From the NCBI GenBank assembly GCA_964016885.1, contig OZ024741.1, positions 90,706,001 to 90,770,000 on the forward strand: a stretch of DNA of 64,000 nt, read 5' to 3'. A program made the translations under genes and the position numbers. This stretch comes from Eledone cirrhosa. Taxonomy: Eukaryota. Below, in pieces: positions 29,075-45,439 of this stretch; the stretch's first letter is position 1; each line of letters starts with the position of its first letter. A model generated the notes under the pieces. That model was not told the DNA's origin. It saw only the letters and a program-made list of their open reading frames with translations, and did no database searches.

Positions 29075-31480
29075 CAAAATAGCCTTACTTAGAATAGGCA
29101 GTGTAAATGTACGTGGCCTGGGGTCAACTTGGAAGCAGGGCCGCCTGCTTAACGAACTCCGGTCATTAAACATAGATGTGGTGGCCATCATCGAGACCAG
29201 AATTTCCGAAGTACGAGATATCGCACCAATCTTCGGTGGCTACGATGTATATGCCGTCCGGGAGCGGGGGTAGAGAGGCTTGGATTTCGCCATACGGGCC
29301 ATCTTCCTGGACCCAGAAGGTGGTGCTGGACGTGACCGGTAGCGAAGGCAATGCTTTCAGGCTAGTAGCTGTCTACGCCCCAACAGGGATAGGACGGCCA
29401 GATTTATTCAGACGTCTAGAGACCTTTCTTGGAACGTCTCGCTCTTTAGTGTTAGTGGGTGACTGGAACGGTATCTTAGATGCACGCTGGGATTATGTGG
29501 GGATTGTAAATAAGGGAGGAGGTATCGACTGGATTATCCGAATGTGCCAATCTGCACATGGGCAAACCGCATCGGGTCATTCAGATCGTATCTAGATAGG
29601 GTATTGTGTAGGGAAACGGATAAGGCTAGCATAGGTTGTCCACAAGTTAAGGTAATCGGCTACTCAGACCACAAATTTGTGATCTGTGAAGTCAACTTAG
29701 ATAAACTTCATAGGCAAGGACCCGGTTACTGGAAGCTGAACGCGTCTTTCCCGGCGCGCAAAGCTTACAGAGACCGGATAAGCGAATTAGTTAAGCGTGC
29801 GTTGACAGGTGCGATTGTCAACAACATGTGGTGATTTACCCTGAAAAGGGCAATTAGAGTAGAATCAATAAGGTTTAGAAAAGGAGTAAAGATAGAGGAA
29901 AATAGAGTAGAAGGAGAGCTAGTTAGAAAGCTAGAAGAGGCATTTAGGACAGGCATCGCAACCGACGTGCTTGCGACAAGATTGGCACTCGACTTTAATG
30001 CAAAGCCCGAAGGCTGCGTTGTCAGAGCTAGGGCGCGTGCTCTGAGACAAGAGGGGCCAAAAGCTGTCCAATAACAGCAGGTAACATACGGGAAACGATG
30101 TCTGACTGACCGAGGGGTAAATCGCCAGGTTTGGTTTGTCTGCCCTACGAGCTTTATACGTACATGCCAAACTTGTTCGGCGACCTCTTGGCAGACGTCT
30201 ACTGCAACTGCCAGTAGAACGGGAGCATCCCCAGTTTTGTGAGCCGGGGAGTGGTGGTGCTGTTGAGAAAAGACCCGAACAAGGGGGACCTTATAGACAA
30301 CTTCAGGCCCATAACTCTGTTAAACACAGATTTCAAGATTTTGGCCAAGGTGTTAGCAACGAGAATGGCGCTTGTCGTTGGTAATCTGGTAGGAGAGGCG
30401 CAGACATGCGCCATTCCAGACAGATACATCCACGGCAACCTCCACCTATTGCGATACATCATAGAGAGGGTCTTTAAGGAACCTGGCACGGGTGGTGCCC
30501 TGATCAACTTAGATCAATCTAAGGCATTTGATAGGGTCAACCATCGGTCCTCGAGGCGGCTGGTTTCGGGTCCATTTTCAGGGTTGGATCGCGGCGATGC
30601 ACAGCGACATCTGCTCAGTTGTGAAGGTGAACGGTCATCTGTCACAGCCGTTCAGCATCATGCGCTCGATTCGTCAGGGTTGTCCTCTCTCGTCACTCTT
30701 GTACGTATAGGCCCTAGAGCCGTTATTGCACAAATTGGAGGTGATGAGAGACGTCCCACGCGAACTGGGATGTGGGAGATCCGTATCGGCTTATGTCGAC
30801 GACGTCACCGTGGTGGTGTCAAGCGCCGGACATGTGCAGATGCTCGGCACCGCTTTCAAGGAATATGAAGCAGTGACAGGAGCAAAGTTAAACCAGGAAA
30901 AGTCGGTACGCTTGCAGCTCGGCACCTGGAGAGGCAAGTCCATACCGCCCGACAGCGTCGTGGGGCGCTGGACGGAAGGACCGGTAAAATTGCTCGGGGT
31001 CTGGTTCGATCCGGACCTCCAGATGAAGAAAAACTGGAGCGCGGTGACGAACAGTGTGGCCTCTCTCACCCAGAAATGGGCCGAGAGGAAGCTGTCCCTG
31101 AAAGGCCGGGCAGAGGTGGCGAATGCGTTCATGGCATCCGTCATCTGCTACTGCCTAACCGTTGTGCCTTGCCCCGGCTCTACTCTGAAAAAATGAAGCG
31201 CCTCCTCTTTCGCTTTTTATGGAAGGGACGTGCTCCCATGGTCAGATTATCCATCTGCTGTCAATACCCGTTGCATGGAGGGCCGGGCATGTCGTGGCTG
31301 ATGATGCGCAACACGCGCTGAGGCTGCTACATCTCTGGTGCTTCCTTGACGGTAAACAGATGTGGTCGCCGTTTACCAGACGTGTTCTTCCCCAGCTCGT
31401 CTCATTAACGACCGAGGGAGAGCGCTTGGAAGCTGGAATGTCTCCAAGCGCTGATAGCCTTCTACCAGCTGGGCACTAGT
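29075..31480 (+). mobile_element. Tx1/L1-clade non-LTR retrotransposon ORF2 (APE endonuclease plus RT), fragmented and internally deleted
   Basis: IGSVNVRGL, VYAP, GDWNGILD, SYLDRVL, SDHK, GYWKLN; NFRPITLLNTDFKILAK, LDQSKAFDRV, RQGCPLS, AYVDDVTV, LSLKGR. Confidence 0.92.
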
Positions 31481-31502
31481 ATCGGTGGAAAGTCCACAAA
31501 TA

Positions 31503-31628
31503 GGCCTCGAAACGGCTTGAGCGCCGTCGGGGTCTTGAACATTTTCCTATTACCCACTCTACTACCCTAAGTATTGAGTACTCTGGTGCGTTATATTGTC
31601 CCCCTGGTTCCTTACCACACTTCGTTCG

Positions 31629-31630
<2 letters not shown>
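31503..31630 (+). mobile_element. F4 PLE-terminus fragment
   Basis: cgaaacggcttgagc...gccgtcggggtctt...ctattacccactctactaccctaagtattgagtac...ccttaccac then (TA)n; matches 25358-25478. Confidence 0.75.
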
Positions 31631-31713
<83 letters not shown>

Positions 31714-32003
31714 AAAGTATGTCCATAGAATCATTTGATAAAATATATACACCATCTCCTCTCCCAATCAGCATAATCAACCACACAAAAAAACAATTAA
31801 ACCAGGCTATAAGATTAGAAGGCACCTATGAAGAAATAATAGATAAATAAACGACAGCCATCTATTCGCGATCAACAGCTATAGAATATTTACCCAGCAT
31901 TTCAATAGCACGTGGAAATCGATTAAATATATCGTCAACCATACACAATTAGGTATAAAATCAAAGTTAGAAGAAAAAATGTATATAAACATACCAAAAT
32001 TAC

Positions 32004-32085
32004 GTTTCTACCCCATGGGGTTTCATTCGCTTTTGGAAATATCCGATCAAGGATAAATTCACGAGCTTCGAAATCATCAGGAAAC
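32004..32085 (-). ncRNA. Type I hammerhead with long stem II
   Basis: gtttc-CTGATGA-tttcg...cgaat-GAAA-cccc-at-gggg-TA-gaaac; palindrome ACCCCATGGGGT. Confidence 0.85.
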
Positions 32086-32767
32086 AAACTCACTTGGACG
32101 AAGATTTTTCTTAAATGATCCCAGCCAGAAACGAATTCAAAATGGCTAAGAACTGTGACGTGGCAGTGGTCAAGTCAGAAAGAATGTGATTGGTGCCTTA
32201 CGGCGAGTGGGCTGGTTGCTAGAAAGCGCAGCCTAATATTGCTTAAATTGCATCTCAACCATATGGGAGATTATCAAATATAAAGATTCACATATACACA
32301 AACTAGACAAAGTCATAGATATATATATATATCTTTTTGGCAACCATTCACCATGTGGCTCAATGACGAATTAATTAATTAAATAATCAACAATACCTTC
32401 TAAGTATTTGACTCTAACCATAATTGTCAGTAGTACCACCCCACATAAATTCCTCAATTTAAGAATGACCTGTAGTATCGAATTTCATACTATAAACGAC
32501 AATTGAATATATATCTGACCAGGAATGCTTTTTGTGAAAATCAGTCATATGGAACTATTGTCATCTTGCCTGACGGTTTGAACTTTACAACACCACCGAC
32601 CTCTTTGAGGTCAAATACCAATCCTACTAGCATCTACAAACTGACCAATGAGAATTAAGATTATTGCTGCTGACAACATTAAATTATCCCTAACAAGCTC
32701 ATATGTCCCAAGGCTCTGAAACCATCAACACCAAAAACACAGAGCTGGCATATCTAAGAACTGACTA

Positions 32768-32823
32768 ACTGCCTGATGAGGTCATAGCCATACAATAGCT
32801 ATCATCGAAATATATATAGCAGT
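32768..32823 (+). ncRNA. Type I minimal hammerhead (5' pLTR)
   Basis: actgc-CTGATGA-ggt(c)atagcca-tacaa-tagctat(c)atc-GAAA-tatataTA-gcagt. Confidence 0.87.
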
Positions 32824-33006
32824 AAATAAAAGATTATGAGTTCATGCAATTGACTTATGTTTCGTCACTATTATAACTCCGGAACTTATATCTTCGTTGA
32901 GTGCCCCCTATCCGCATACTGAAGTACTGGATTTTACCAACTTTCTTGCTTACCTCATGCTCCACACCCTGTTGAGCGCTTCATACAGTAGCGGACCGCA
33001 AACAAT

Positions 33007-35655
33007 ATGAATAAACTCACCACTTTGGCATCAATGAAGGACATCCCATTACCGGGTAAACGAGAGTACACCAGAAATCTCACTAAGAGTACTGACTCCC
33101 TGATACGCAGGATGCTGTGGAGGGCTTACCACTTTGATAGAGGAAACCCCAATACTAATAACAAAAAAGACCATAGAGTACCTCTTCAGATCAAGAAGGA
33201 CCCCCCCCCCCCCCCGGCCACCCACATCAGACTATTGGAGGGGTTCGAGAACGAAATGATTGGCATCATTTCCAACATCAAATTTTCCAACCAACCATAC
33301 CGGGGTCGAGAGTACCTTAGACGACTGGAAAATGGAATTACCGAGCTTAAGGAATCTACAGGAATACTCGTCCATGCCGACGAAACCAACAACCTTTACA
33401 GCATGGACGTTCAACTTTACCATGAGCTAATCCTCAGGAAATTGAGAAAAAGCTACAAAAAACCGCCCGAGACTACCCTGGAGGATATCAACATCAAAGC
33501 TTATGAGATCGTATCTGGTTTTGGCATAGATGATAGGACGGCCCCATACCCACCAAGGGAGCCGAGGATTACCATTAAGGACCACAAACCAAACTTTGAG
33601 TCTAACCTGCCGGTCAGACTGATAGCCCCCTCCCGGTCAGACATGGGGTTAATTAGCAAAAGCATTTTAGATAGTATCCTGCCAACACTTAGGAGTAAAA
33701 TAAGGTTACAACTCTGGTCCTGCACCAGCCGGGTGCTGGACTGGTTTACATTTTTACCTGACAACCATAGGACTAGCTTCATACAACTAGACATCAACAA
33801 TTACTACTCCTCTATCTCACCCATAGTCCTGAACAAGGCACTTATATTCGCGATGAATAGGACAGACTTAACGCGCGACGAGGTCCGAATCATACACGCC
33901 ACCAGAAAGACCCTGATCCGATTCGGTGGGGACATATGGACCCGGAGTGACTGGCCAAATAATGTTGACATTACAATGGACTCCAGTGACTCCATCCAGC
34001 TAACGGACCTGGTTGGGATATACATACTCTACGAGATCAGGAGCGAAATACCCAACCTGGGTGCGGACTGTACAGAGACGATGCACTCTTCACCGTCGTG
34101 GACCACAGCACCACAATGGTCGAAAATATGAAGAGGAGAATTAGACACTTTTTTTTAGCAAAGTAGGACTTAAAGTAGAGATGGAACCCAATAGAAAAGT
34201 GGTGAATTTCCTGGACACCACCCTCAACCTCAACACCAAGCTACACCACCCATTTCATAAAACCAATGAGAAGCTGGTGTATATCAACGCTGGATCCAAT
34301 CACCCTAGATCTATAGTTAAGGCCGTAGTTAAGAGTGTCTCTGACAGGATCTGTAACTTGTCTGCCAATAAAGAGATATTCAATAGTAATGCTGATTATT
34401 ATAACTCAGCGCTAGATAAGGCGTCCCACAGCTATAGGATCAGCTATAACCCTAAGGGGCATGATCGAGATGACCCAAGGGTGCCCTCAGGGGCATGAGT
34501 CACCCACCTAATACCACGGTGACCAGTAGTAATACTCCCAGAACCCTAACCGCCACCACCACCGGTAGAAGGTCCCGCATACCCCACCGGTCTAATACCT
34601 ACAACATTGAGGACCACTGTAGTGCGGATCATAGGCACCCCTGCACCGGCCCCACCACCCGCCGAACCCTCATTGAGCAGGGAGGCCGCACCGCGCAGGT
34701 TTATAGCCCCACGGTGGGCCCATATAACCCTCATGACAGTGACCGCTCTGCACACCTGAGTAACACCAACCGAGCTCGACCTGAGCTGTGCACAACCCCG
34801 CGATGGACCACGGCGGTCACCCAACAACCCCGCAAGAATAAGACCAGGAAGGTCACATGGTATAAGCCCCCGTACTCGGTGGGTCTATGTACCAGCCTGG
34901 CTAGAACATTCTTTAGAGTACTGGATAAATGTTTCCATAGGGCCCACAGGTACCAAAAAATATTCAACAGGCACACGGTGAAACGTTCCTACTCAACCAC
35001 ACGCTCCGTAGCCCAGCACATAGCCGGCATAAATGTGAATAGGCTCACTGCCTCTAATACCACCGTAAACCCCGGAGCCACCCAACGGAACCAGCACGCG
35101 GGACACACCAGGCCCCGGACAGGCCCAACTAGCACAGCGGAACCCAACGACTCTGTGCTGAATGCGGCGGCTACACAGCCAACCCCGCATGATGGTAGCC
35201 CCGCGGTACATGTGCAGGGGCTTAAAAAGTCATGCAATTGCAGAGACCCATCACTATGCCCCCTTAGTAATAAATGCATGACGAAAAACGTAGTCTACAG
35301 GTGCAAAGTCACAACCCCTAACTCGGAGCACCACTACATAGGATCCACGGCGACGAGCTTCAAAGATAGGTGGTATAACCATCGCCACTCCTTTAACAGA
35401 ATAGAAAAGAGGAAATGTACGGCCCTTTCTGAATTGATCTGGAAGCTCAAACTTGAAAAGACCCCGCACTCTTTGGTCTGGTCCGTGGTTAGAAAGGTTC
35501 CCCCAGACAGAGGTGGATCTGGTATTTGCAACCTCTGTCTTAGTGAGACACTCGAGATACTTCATGGCGGAACCAAGCTATTAAACAGAAGGGCCGACTT
35601 ATTCGGCACCTGCAGACACCTAAGGATGGGAACTTTCCTCAAGCTATATGGATAA
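33007..35655 (+). pseudogene. PLE RT plus GIY-YIG ORF with about three frameshifts
   Basis: KDIPLP...IRRMLWRA, FIQLDINNYYSSI, GLYRDDALF (shifted frame near 34064), NFLDTTLNL, SNHP, CNCRDPSLCPL, VVYRC...YIGST, CNLC; collinear with 15189-17339. Confidence 0.92.
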
Positions 35656-36342
35656 ACCCCGGTTATGGCCTCCCACAACCCCCCCCCACCCCACCCTGTA
35701 GGTCCCCTACACCCCGTACCAATGACCAATGGGAAAACAACACCCACCCATAGTTTGTGGTCCCTAGGGTGGATTGTCCACCGGATCCTCTACTGGTTAG
35801 GAGTCAGCAAAACCACGTTTTTTTAACCTGATGAGTGGCCCACACAGGAAGAGTGATTATCCTAAGATACTAACCCTATACGCATGAATGAGTGCCCGCA
35901 ACCATGCGTTGTGTGTGTATACTGGGATTAGGTGAATGTACGCACTTATGTGAACGCAACGAAATACTAATACCCCAGGTTGCATTTGAAAAATGTTCGA
36001 GTGTATGCTTAAGAGTATATTTGTGTATGCTCTCTTGTGTGAATGCACATGTGTATATAGACATACACACGCATCCAGAGGTATACAAGTGTGGGTGGGT
36101 GCGTGTACCTGTATATGTCTGTACTAAGGGATTCGCCTAAGCTCCAAAGCCCCTAAGCATTGCTGTGAAGATATATATCACACTCTACTTTTGTCTAGTC
36201 TAAACAATAACTTTTCCAAACACCCACTTTACCTTTCTTTAAAAATAACACCCACCTCGTTTTATGTCTCCCATATACTTGGATTTGGAGGCCTCTTTTG
36301 TATATATATACGCACTTGTGTGTATATACATATATATACACA

Positions 36343-36635
36343 TCTGTATGGATTTGTATATGTGTCTGTGGGGGTGGGTGTGAGTGTATGTGCAAGTCAA
36401 CCAACATAAGTCTTTTTATATGTAAACTTTCTAAGTATTTGACTCTAGCCATAATTTTTAGTATTACCACCCCACACAAATTCCCCAATTTGTATGTGTG
36501 GATCTGTGTCTGTAGGGGTGGGTGTCAGTGTATGTGCAAGTCAACCAACATAAGTCTTTTTATATGTAAACTTTCTAAGTATTTGACTCTAACCATAATT
36601 TTTCAGTATTACCACCCCACATAAATTCCTCAATT
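36343..36635. repeat. Tandem duplication of about 143 bp in the PLE 3' UTR
   Basis: gtgtatgtgcaagtcaaccaacataagtc...accaccccaca.aaattcc occurs twice. Confidence 0.85.
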
Positions 36636-36939
36636 TAAGAATGACCTGTAGTATCGAATTTCATACTATAAACCTCAATTGAATATATATCTGACCAGGA
36701 ATGCTTTTTGTGAAAATCGGTCATATGGAACTATTGTCATCTTGCCTGACTGTTTGAACTTTACAACACCACCGACCTCTTTGAGGTCAAATACCAATCC
36801 TACTAGCATCTACAAACTGACCAATGAGAATTACGATTCTGCTGACAACATTAAATTATCCCTAACAAGCTCATATGTCCCAAGGCTCTGAAACCATCAA
36901 CACCAAAAACACAGAACTGGGATATCTAAGAACTGACTA

Positions 36940-36995
36940 ACTGCCTGATGAGGTCATAGCCATACAATGGCTATCATCGAAATATATATAGAAGT
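36940..36995 (+). ncRNA. Type I minimal hammerhead (3' pLTR)
   Basis: Same as 32768-32823, with a fully paired atagcca/tggctat helix but one stem I mismatch (gaagt). Confidence 0.85.
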
Positions 36996-37036
36996 AAATA
37001 AAAGATTATGAGTTCATGCAATTGACTTATGTCTCG

Positions 37037-38458
<1,422 letters not shown>

Positions 38459-38547
38459 TGTGTGTGTGCGCATGTGAATCCTGGGTTCAATCGGGGGTAA
38501 CCACAGTAAGGTTCTCAATACATATAGAAGCCATTTCTATATTAGAT

Positions 38548-38619
<72 letters not shown>

Positions 38620-39491
38620 CATTTTACCTGTTTTAAACTAGTAAGACCATTGTTCAGTTAAGTATTCAATACTAGGGAAAGTAGAGTGTAGATAATATAA
38701 TGAGTTAGTGTCCGGCGGCTGTGCTACATATTCTTTAGTAAAGTAAAGTCAAAGTTCGTCTGTGTTTTGGTAGCGTCCTGAATACAAAGACTCTGACTTG
38801 GCCTTAATAAAGAAAATATTAATCATTGTTTTGGTATTGAGTACTTAAGATATAGGATATTCAAGCGCAGAAAATATCTGCAAATCAATCAGTTGCTATA
38901 AAAGAGACGGAAAAAGAAGTTAACAGCGACCGCCACGAGCGATTGAATCATGTGTCTTTCAGATACCGGCTGAGTACTCTATCAATTAAGTTAAGGGACC
39001 TCTGACAACATCTTACAGTCTAAATTAAGGAATTGAATCAAACAAATTTTGAGAATGTAAACACAAATCGTGTGAGAAGCTCTAACTTTCAAAATTACGT
39101 TCTTAAAAGGTGTTTCAATCAGCTCATTGATTTAGAAGGGAAGATGTCAAATATTCCTAAGCTCAATGAGAGACACGGGGTTCGCTCTCTAAGGGTGTTT
39201 ACCTTATTTTTATAAGATATTTTATAACAATTGACTGTATTTGCTGCTTTTTTCTATCCTTGAGCATCCTATATCTTCTCTAAATTTATCCCCCCCCCCC
39301 CCCCAGCGTTTCGTAAGTTCCAATGTTGTGTCTCGCACACGATGTCTATTCACACACACACACACACACAGATATATATATATATATATATAAATTAATC
39401 TACACACACACACACGCACACACACACACACACGCATACACAACACACATACACACACACACACTTACATACACGCATATATATTTATGAA

Positions 39492-39700
39492 GACGCGTGG
39501 CTGAGTGGTAAGAGAATTAGATTCGTAATCGTAAGGTTGTGAGTTCAATTCCTGTACCGGGCGATGCGTTGTGTCCTTGAGCAAGACACTTTATTTCACG
39601 TTGCTCCTTCTACCTGGAATTGCGACCGATAGATAGTATATCAATTGGAAAGACCAACGGAAACATTGTTTGCTTGGTCCGATTTGACGAAAGTCGATCG
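39492..39700 (+). mobile_element. tRNA-derived SINE, second family
   Basis: A-box TGGCTGAGTGG, B-box GAGTTCAATTCC, then ttgtgtccttgagcaagacacttta; decayed relatives near 47963-48300, 54550-54790 (-) and 56940-57050. Confidence 0.8.
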
Positions 39701-40519
39701 CCTGTCGATATATATATATATATGTGTTACGTACCTTAATGCACGTGTATGTAGAGTTGTTGATAAAGTGTACTTTGCTTTTCACTATTTCACGATCAAT
39801 AAATTAACAACCAGTAATAGAATGAGGCCGATTTTAACTACTATACATACTCCTCACTATAGAAAACGTTGCTAATACACACACACACTGACGCGTATAA
39901 GCCATACCTCTTTGTCTGTGCATGTTTGTGTGTGTATACATGCATAAATCCACACTCACACATGCATACATCCACACTTACACATACATACATAATTTGT
40001 GAAATATATAAAACCAGAAAAGCATACATACATATAGACATAGACACATAGATATGAGTGTGTGTGTGTCTATGTATTTGTGTTTGTATGTGTGTATGTA
40101 TGTGTGTTTCTGTGACTGTGTGTGCGTATTTTATGTACAAGAAAGCTCCAGAATAAGATGTTAAACTGGAGTACTCGTGGACCACGCCTTCTGCTTCCAA
40201 GCAGTGGGCATTAGTGAAACGTTGCAAAATGCAATACATGTAGGCAGCTTCTGAATTAACAAAGAGGTGTGAATATAGTAGCTTTATTAATATAAGTCTG
40301 TCATAAAGAAATAAACATTTAAACTAATTTTATCATCACTGAAATGCACATGAAATCAAACGTTATGGAAAAGATGTGTAAACGGTTAAATTTCTTCTGC
40401 TTTCTGATCGGTGAGTACTAAGTAATTTGCATTTTGTCTGTTCTTTCAACCTTCTCATATTTCATTTGAAATGTTTTCTTTTGTTTTGTTTTGTTGGTTA
40501 ATTACCAAACAATGCTACG

Positions 40520-40765
40520 GATAACTGGCAAAGTCGTAAGAGCGTAGGACAACGTCACTTGCCGTATTTAATTCCTATCTCTACGTTCAGAGTTCAAATC
40601 TCTCTGAAGTCAACATTTCCTTATTTCCTTTCATCCTTTGGGGACCAATTAAATAAAATATTACTCCATGACAGTGAGCTACTGGAATAAATTATTAGAG
40701 CGTCGAATGAGATGCCTTTTGGCATTTGTTCCAGTTCTTTGCGTTCTGAATCCAAATCTCTCTGA
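40520..40765 (+). mobile_element. Two decayed SINE copies
   Basis: actggcaaagtcg...tacgttcagagttcaaatctctctgaagtcaac, followed by a second similar head at about 40675-40765. Confidence 0.55.
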
Positions 40766-41316
40766 CCTACGTAGGTGGTAGACGTAATCTGTGGTACTGT
40801 TTAACACCACTATCTGGCCCTCATGCGCCGTTTGCGAAATTTGCTCCGTTTCAAGCATCAGGGTAAGGTCTCATATTTGAGCATGCCTTTCTTCCTCCTT
40901 CTTACGCACCACTGTTGGATTTCACGAAAAGGGCTACGGGCACTGCCATTCCCTCATTGACAAAACAGAAGAAATCAGAATTTCAAATATGAAAACATAT
41001 TTTGTTCCATAAAACTTCCAATCGAGTTAAACTATTTCACTTTCACCACGCGTTCTTTGTTAATACGTATGAATTAACTATACGACTTTTACTCATTTAA
41101 TTAATGAAATACACTCTTCTTGTTTAGCAGATATCCGTGCCATATATGTACCCTGGTCCACTTATAAAAACTGCTCATTGGGTGTTTGGTTCCTTTGTGT
41201 TCAGACCTGGTATATATATGTATATATTTATTTACAGCGCGACGTCTAACTACTGATCAACCTGGGCAACACCGGGTATTCTATATGCACACACACGCAC
41301 ACACACACGCACACAC

Positions 41317-41458
<142 letters not shown>

Positions 41459-41587
41459 ATATCAATATCTGTAAAACAACTGATGTTCATACATTGAGCT
41501 ATTTCCCTTACTGGTTATTAAGAAATTACTGACCTTCCTGTTTGTGGTTGTTTATACTATATACATAACTACAAATAGTATTATTAT

Positions 41588-41656
<69 letters not shown>

Positions 41657-41665
41657 TATTGGCCC

Positions 41666-41735
<70 letters not shown>

Positions 41736-42659
41736 GGTTATTACGAGGCACTGGGAAAATTGACAACATAATTATAATAACAATTGTTATCTATAGATAG
41801 TGTTTGAATAATTTAGATACGCCCCCTCTGGAGACTAAAAGGGAAAGAGAGACAGCCGCAGGCATCTTTATCCACCAGTTATACCATGACATTGCCTGGA
41901 TGAGGACCTGCATATTCTGCCATGCGGCAATGGGGTGGTGTGTGACCGACTGGACATATTTGACACACAAATACAAACACACACATACACACATCCTCTC
42001 TCTCTCTCTCTCTCTCACTCTCTCACTCTCTCTCTCTCTCTCTCTCTCTCTCGCTCTCTCTCTTTCTCTCTCTCTACTTTTATGTATCCGCGTAAGCGCA
42101 TGTAGTATATCTCACAAAGTTTAAACTTACCACACAAAATTAGATTTAGTGTTATGCAGTCAGGGTTCACCCCCACGTTAAAATAATCACTGTTTTTTAT
42201 ATGTCTATAATTTTTTTTTTTTAAATGTACTTTCCGCTGCATCAATGTTGGTTATTGTGTTGGTGTGGAATTCTGAAAACCAACATTGTGTTTCCTGGTA
42301 GAACTGCTTCTTGACGGCTTATTTGAAGTTTGTAAATATATGAGTGCGTATATATATGTGGTAGGCGTTCGGTAGACAGACGGGTAATTGTTTGCCAAGT
42401 ATATGTGGCAGTGATTAAGTTGTGAATTTGTATATATGCCTATGCTTATATATGTATATTCGTATTTAGGTAGCATTTCTGAGGTGTTTTACCTATGCCT
42501 ATATATAAACATTAACTGCTCATTAACTGCTTAATGACCATAACCACAAGGATATGGTCCGAGCGTGGAAGAGCCGAACTCCCACTCTCATCGCCTCCAT
42601 CTCTCTCGCCCTCCCCATCTCTCTATATGGTGAGCAAATGGGGTCCCACGTGCTGGCCT

Positions 42660-42880
42660 CCCCACAGCCCCGGCGGACAGAATGGAGAAGGCGTTTCCCC
42701 GGAAGATGGTAAGGGAGATGCGCTGGAAGAGCCATTCCAGCTCGCAAGTCTCAGACCTGCAGCTGGCCAGCTCAGCGCCTATGGTGGTGAGTGGGGAAGT
42801 AGCACCAGAAGTCTCCACTGCCAAGGGCACGACCACGAACCTGTCGGAGCGCGACCGGTAGTTGAAGAGTTGTGGTAGTT
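42660..42880 (-). pseudogene. CRE-like (restriction-like endonuclease) non-LTR element C-terminus
   Basis: VVPLAVETSG...WLFQRISLTIFRGNAFSIL matches the P.A.ET.G ... QR.S....RGNA tail of CRE-clade ORFs. Confidence 0.72.
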
Positions 42881-45144
42881 AGGTACGAGGGACAGAATGT
42901 GATTACTGTTTGCATAGTGTAGTATGTGTTGTCCATGATGTAAAGGAATTATTGTTATAAAATTCTACCGTGATTATATGACCTTATCAGTATGTAATTG
43001 TTGCTTACGTGTTTTTTCCTGATTTAATGCGACATGGCTGATGCGGAGTTAGCATGTTTTAATCCCAGGAAATTTATATTTATACCCTTTATATTTTAAT
43101 GTATTATTTTTTTTTAAATATTCGATGTGTACAATATTTAGTTGAGCATGGTTTACATTCGAGGATGCAGAGAGATAGCCACGGGGGGTTAATCATGGCC
43201 TCTGTTTATACGGCTTTGCTAAATCTGCGTGTATTAAACGTACACACGTACACACTCACGTGCACACGTACACATACACCCACACATACATATATATACA
43301 TACATACACACACACATACACACACACACATTTATATGTATATGGAATATAAATTGTCGCTGCTGTTGTTGGATTTCCGTCGGTTCTGACGTCGAGTGTT
43401 TCAGTTGTTTGATCAACGGAACAGCTTGCTCGTAAAATTAACATGCAAGGGACTGAGCATTTTGCAGACACTCTCCGCAAAAACACTACTTCAGTCCATC
43501 AATGAATTTGTTCTTATGCAAATGACCAAACAAAATACCGACTTTTCATGGCATTATATATTAGTAGCTTATTATTACTGTCCGCTGAAAATTGGATGAA
43601 GTAAGCACTCTTTGGATGAGCCGTTAAGAATCGGTAAAATAGTCAATTTGGTCTCCACTCCTCTCTACAGAGAGTCCTCTGTAATCATGTTCTTTATTTA
43701 CTGCTAAAAGTATTTATATTAAACCAGTCCATAAACTTAAACGGTACATTTATATACAAGCAAAATATAACCGCCCCCCCCCCCCCAAAAAAAAATGCCG
43801 TTGATGTCTGCGTTAAATGAAACTCACACTTTCTGCATATAACAGTATGCTAAAATGATCCAACAGATTTCAGCATCAAATTTAGCGTATATAAATGTAT
43901 TAATGGATTAAACTGCAATGTTGCTTTTATTATATCACAAGTGGCCTCCTGACCTTCAACCCGGTCTCTCTGTGCTCAAATCTATTCATAAGGCACCTAT
44001 TGTAATGCCCATTTTCCTTCAAATAAAAAAATGTTAAAATGTATTTAAATATTGCATAAATTTGAAAAATGTTTTCAGAAAGTAATAAAGGAAATAATTA
44101 AAAAAAATGTATTCTACAAGAAACATTTACAGAGCTTCAGTATATACAACGTGTTAACCTTTTTTCTTTGGAGCTTCCTACTCTGGAACAACCTACATAC
44201 AATTGATCAAGTGAGAAGCAACCCTCTTCTAGGCGGAAACTGACAACATGGAGTGTTTGACCTTGAGACTTTTTAATGATTATTGCCTAACTGACTCTCA
44301 CAGGGAATTGCCATCGTTTGAAACGAAAGGGGACATCTTTTAGTATTAGCGGTATTCTAGTTATAAATACGATGTTTCCCTTATCACATCCAGTGAAGAT
44401 TATGGCTTCTATAATGTGAGGCTATAGTTCAGTCCCAAGCATACCCGTCCCATTGCACAATCAAGGCTAATCCAGGTTTCTGAGAAGCATGAAAACTGCG
44501 CCCTTCTTCAATTCAAGGTTGTGTGGTGGCATACTGGATGTTTCCAGAGTGTTGAGAAATTCAACGGGATAATGAATACTTCGTCCTCGTCGACAACTTT
44601 ATCGATAAATTTATGTCTGGCTACCCCCAGGCATAATTTGTGAGGGATTTTTGTTGATGGCATTCACTGTGATGTTTTAGTGGGCAAGGATTGCTCTTTC
44701 ACACAGCAACTCTTTAGAATAATGAATTTCGAAATTGGGGAACACTTAATTAATTAAGTTTACAACGCTTTCCACAAGAGTACAACACCATGAAGGATCA
44801 AAAGATCCTTCAGTATCATGAGATTGCTTTTCTATAAATTTGAAAGTTGAGAGGTGCGTATCTGTAAGTCCGGGGATCCCCCTCTTTTCTCGCCGTTGTT
44901 AATCTCACAGAAGAAATCTTCGAGGCTTGGAAAATACGAGAGTCCCCCCACTCACTAAATTCCGTTTTCGGAAAAGAAGGCATTTGCGTGCATGTTGGAT
45001 GTCAGATTAGTTGAAACTGTAACTCCGAGGGTCTCCTTCACTCCCGCCTCAGTTTTCGAAAAATGGAGTTATTAGCGAGTGAGTCGGATGACAGATCGGT
45101 AGAAAACAAACGAACAAATCTAAAAACGAAAACAATTCTCTTTC

Positions 45145-45410
45145 TCGTAAAATCTGTCCAGCTATTCTTTTCTAGGGCATTCCAACCACATGCCCATAGT
45201 ATCGGAGCTATGATCTCTCAATTCGGAGAAATAGCGGCTCTACCTGGAGCGACTCTCTGATCTCCGAGCTACGTATTCTATCTCGAGTAAAGTTACTCCA
45301 AAGACCCTTCGGAGGAACCCCATTTCGGCCACTTTTATTCGCAATCGTATTCTTTCGGTTATTATCCCAGATTCATGACCATAGGTAAAGGTTGGTACGA
45401 ATACCACTGA
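45145..45410 (-). mobile_element. RTE-type LINE fragment
   Basis: Aligns with about 2365-2620 (gtaaaatctgtcca...cccatagtatcggagct...ctctacctggag...cccagattcatgacc). Confidence 0.75.
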
Positions 45411-45439
45411 AGAAAATCACATACAAAAAATCTAGCTGG

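Noticed and set aside
35826-35860. CTGATGA-gtg-gcc-cac after the PLE ORF
   Set aside because: No GAAA or stem III in register.
39492-39570. tRNA gene
   Set aside because: No proper acceptor stem; continues into a SINE body.
41255-41285. Helitron 3' hairpin (cctgggcaacaccggg)
   Set aside because: Imperfect, lacks the terminal CTAG, and no matching 5' end was found.
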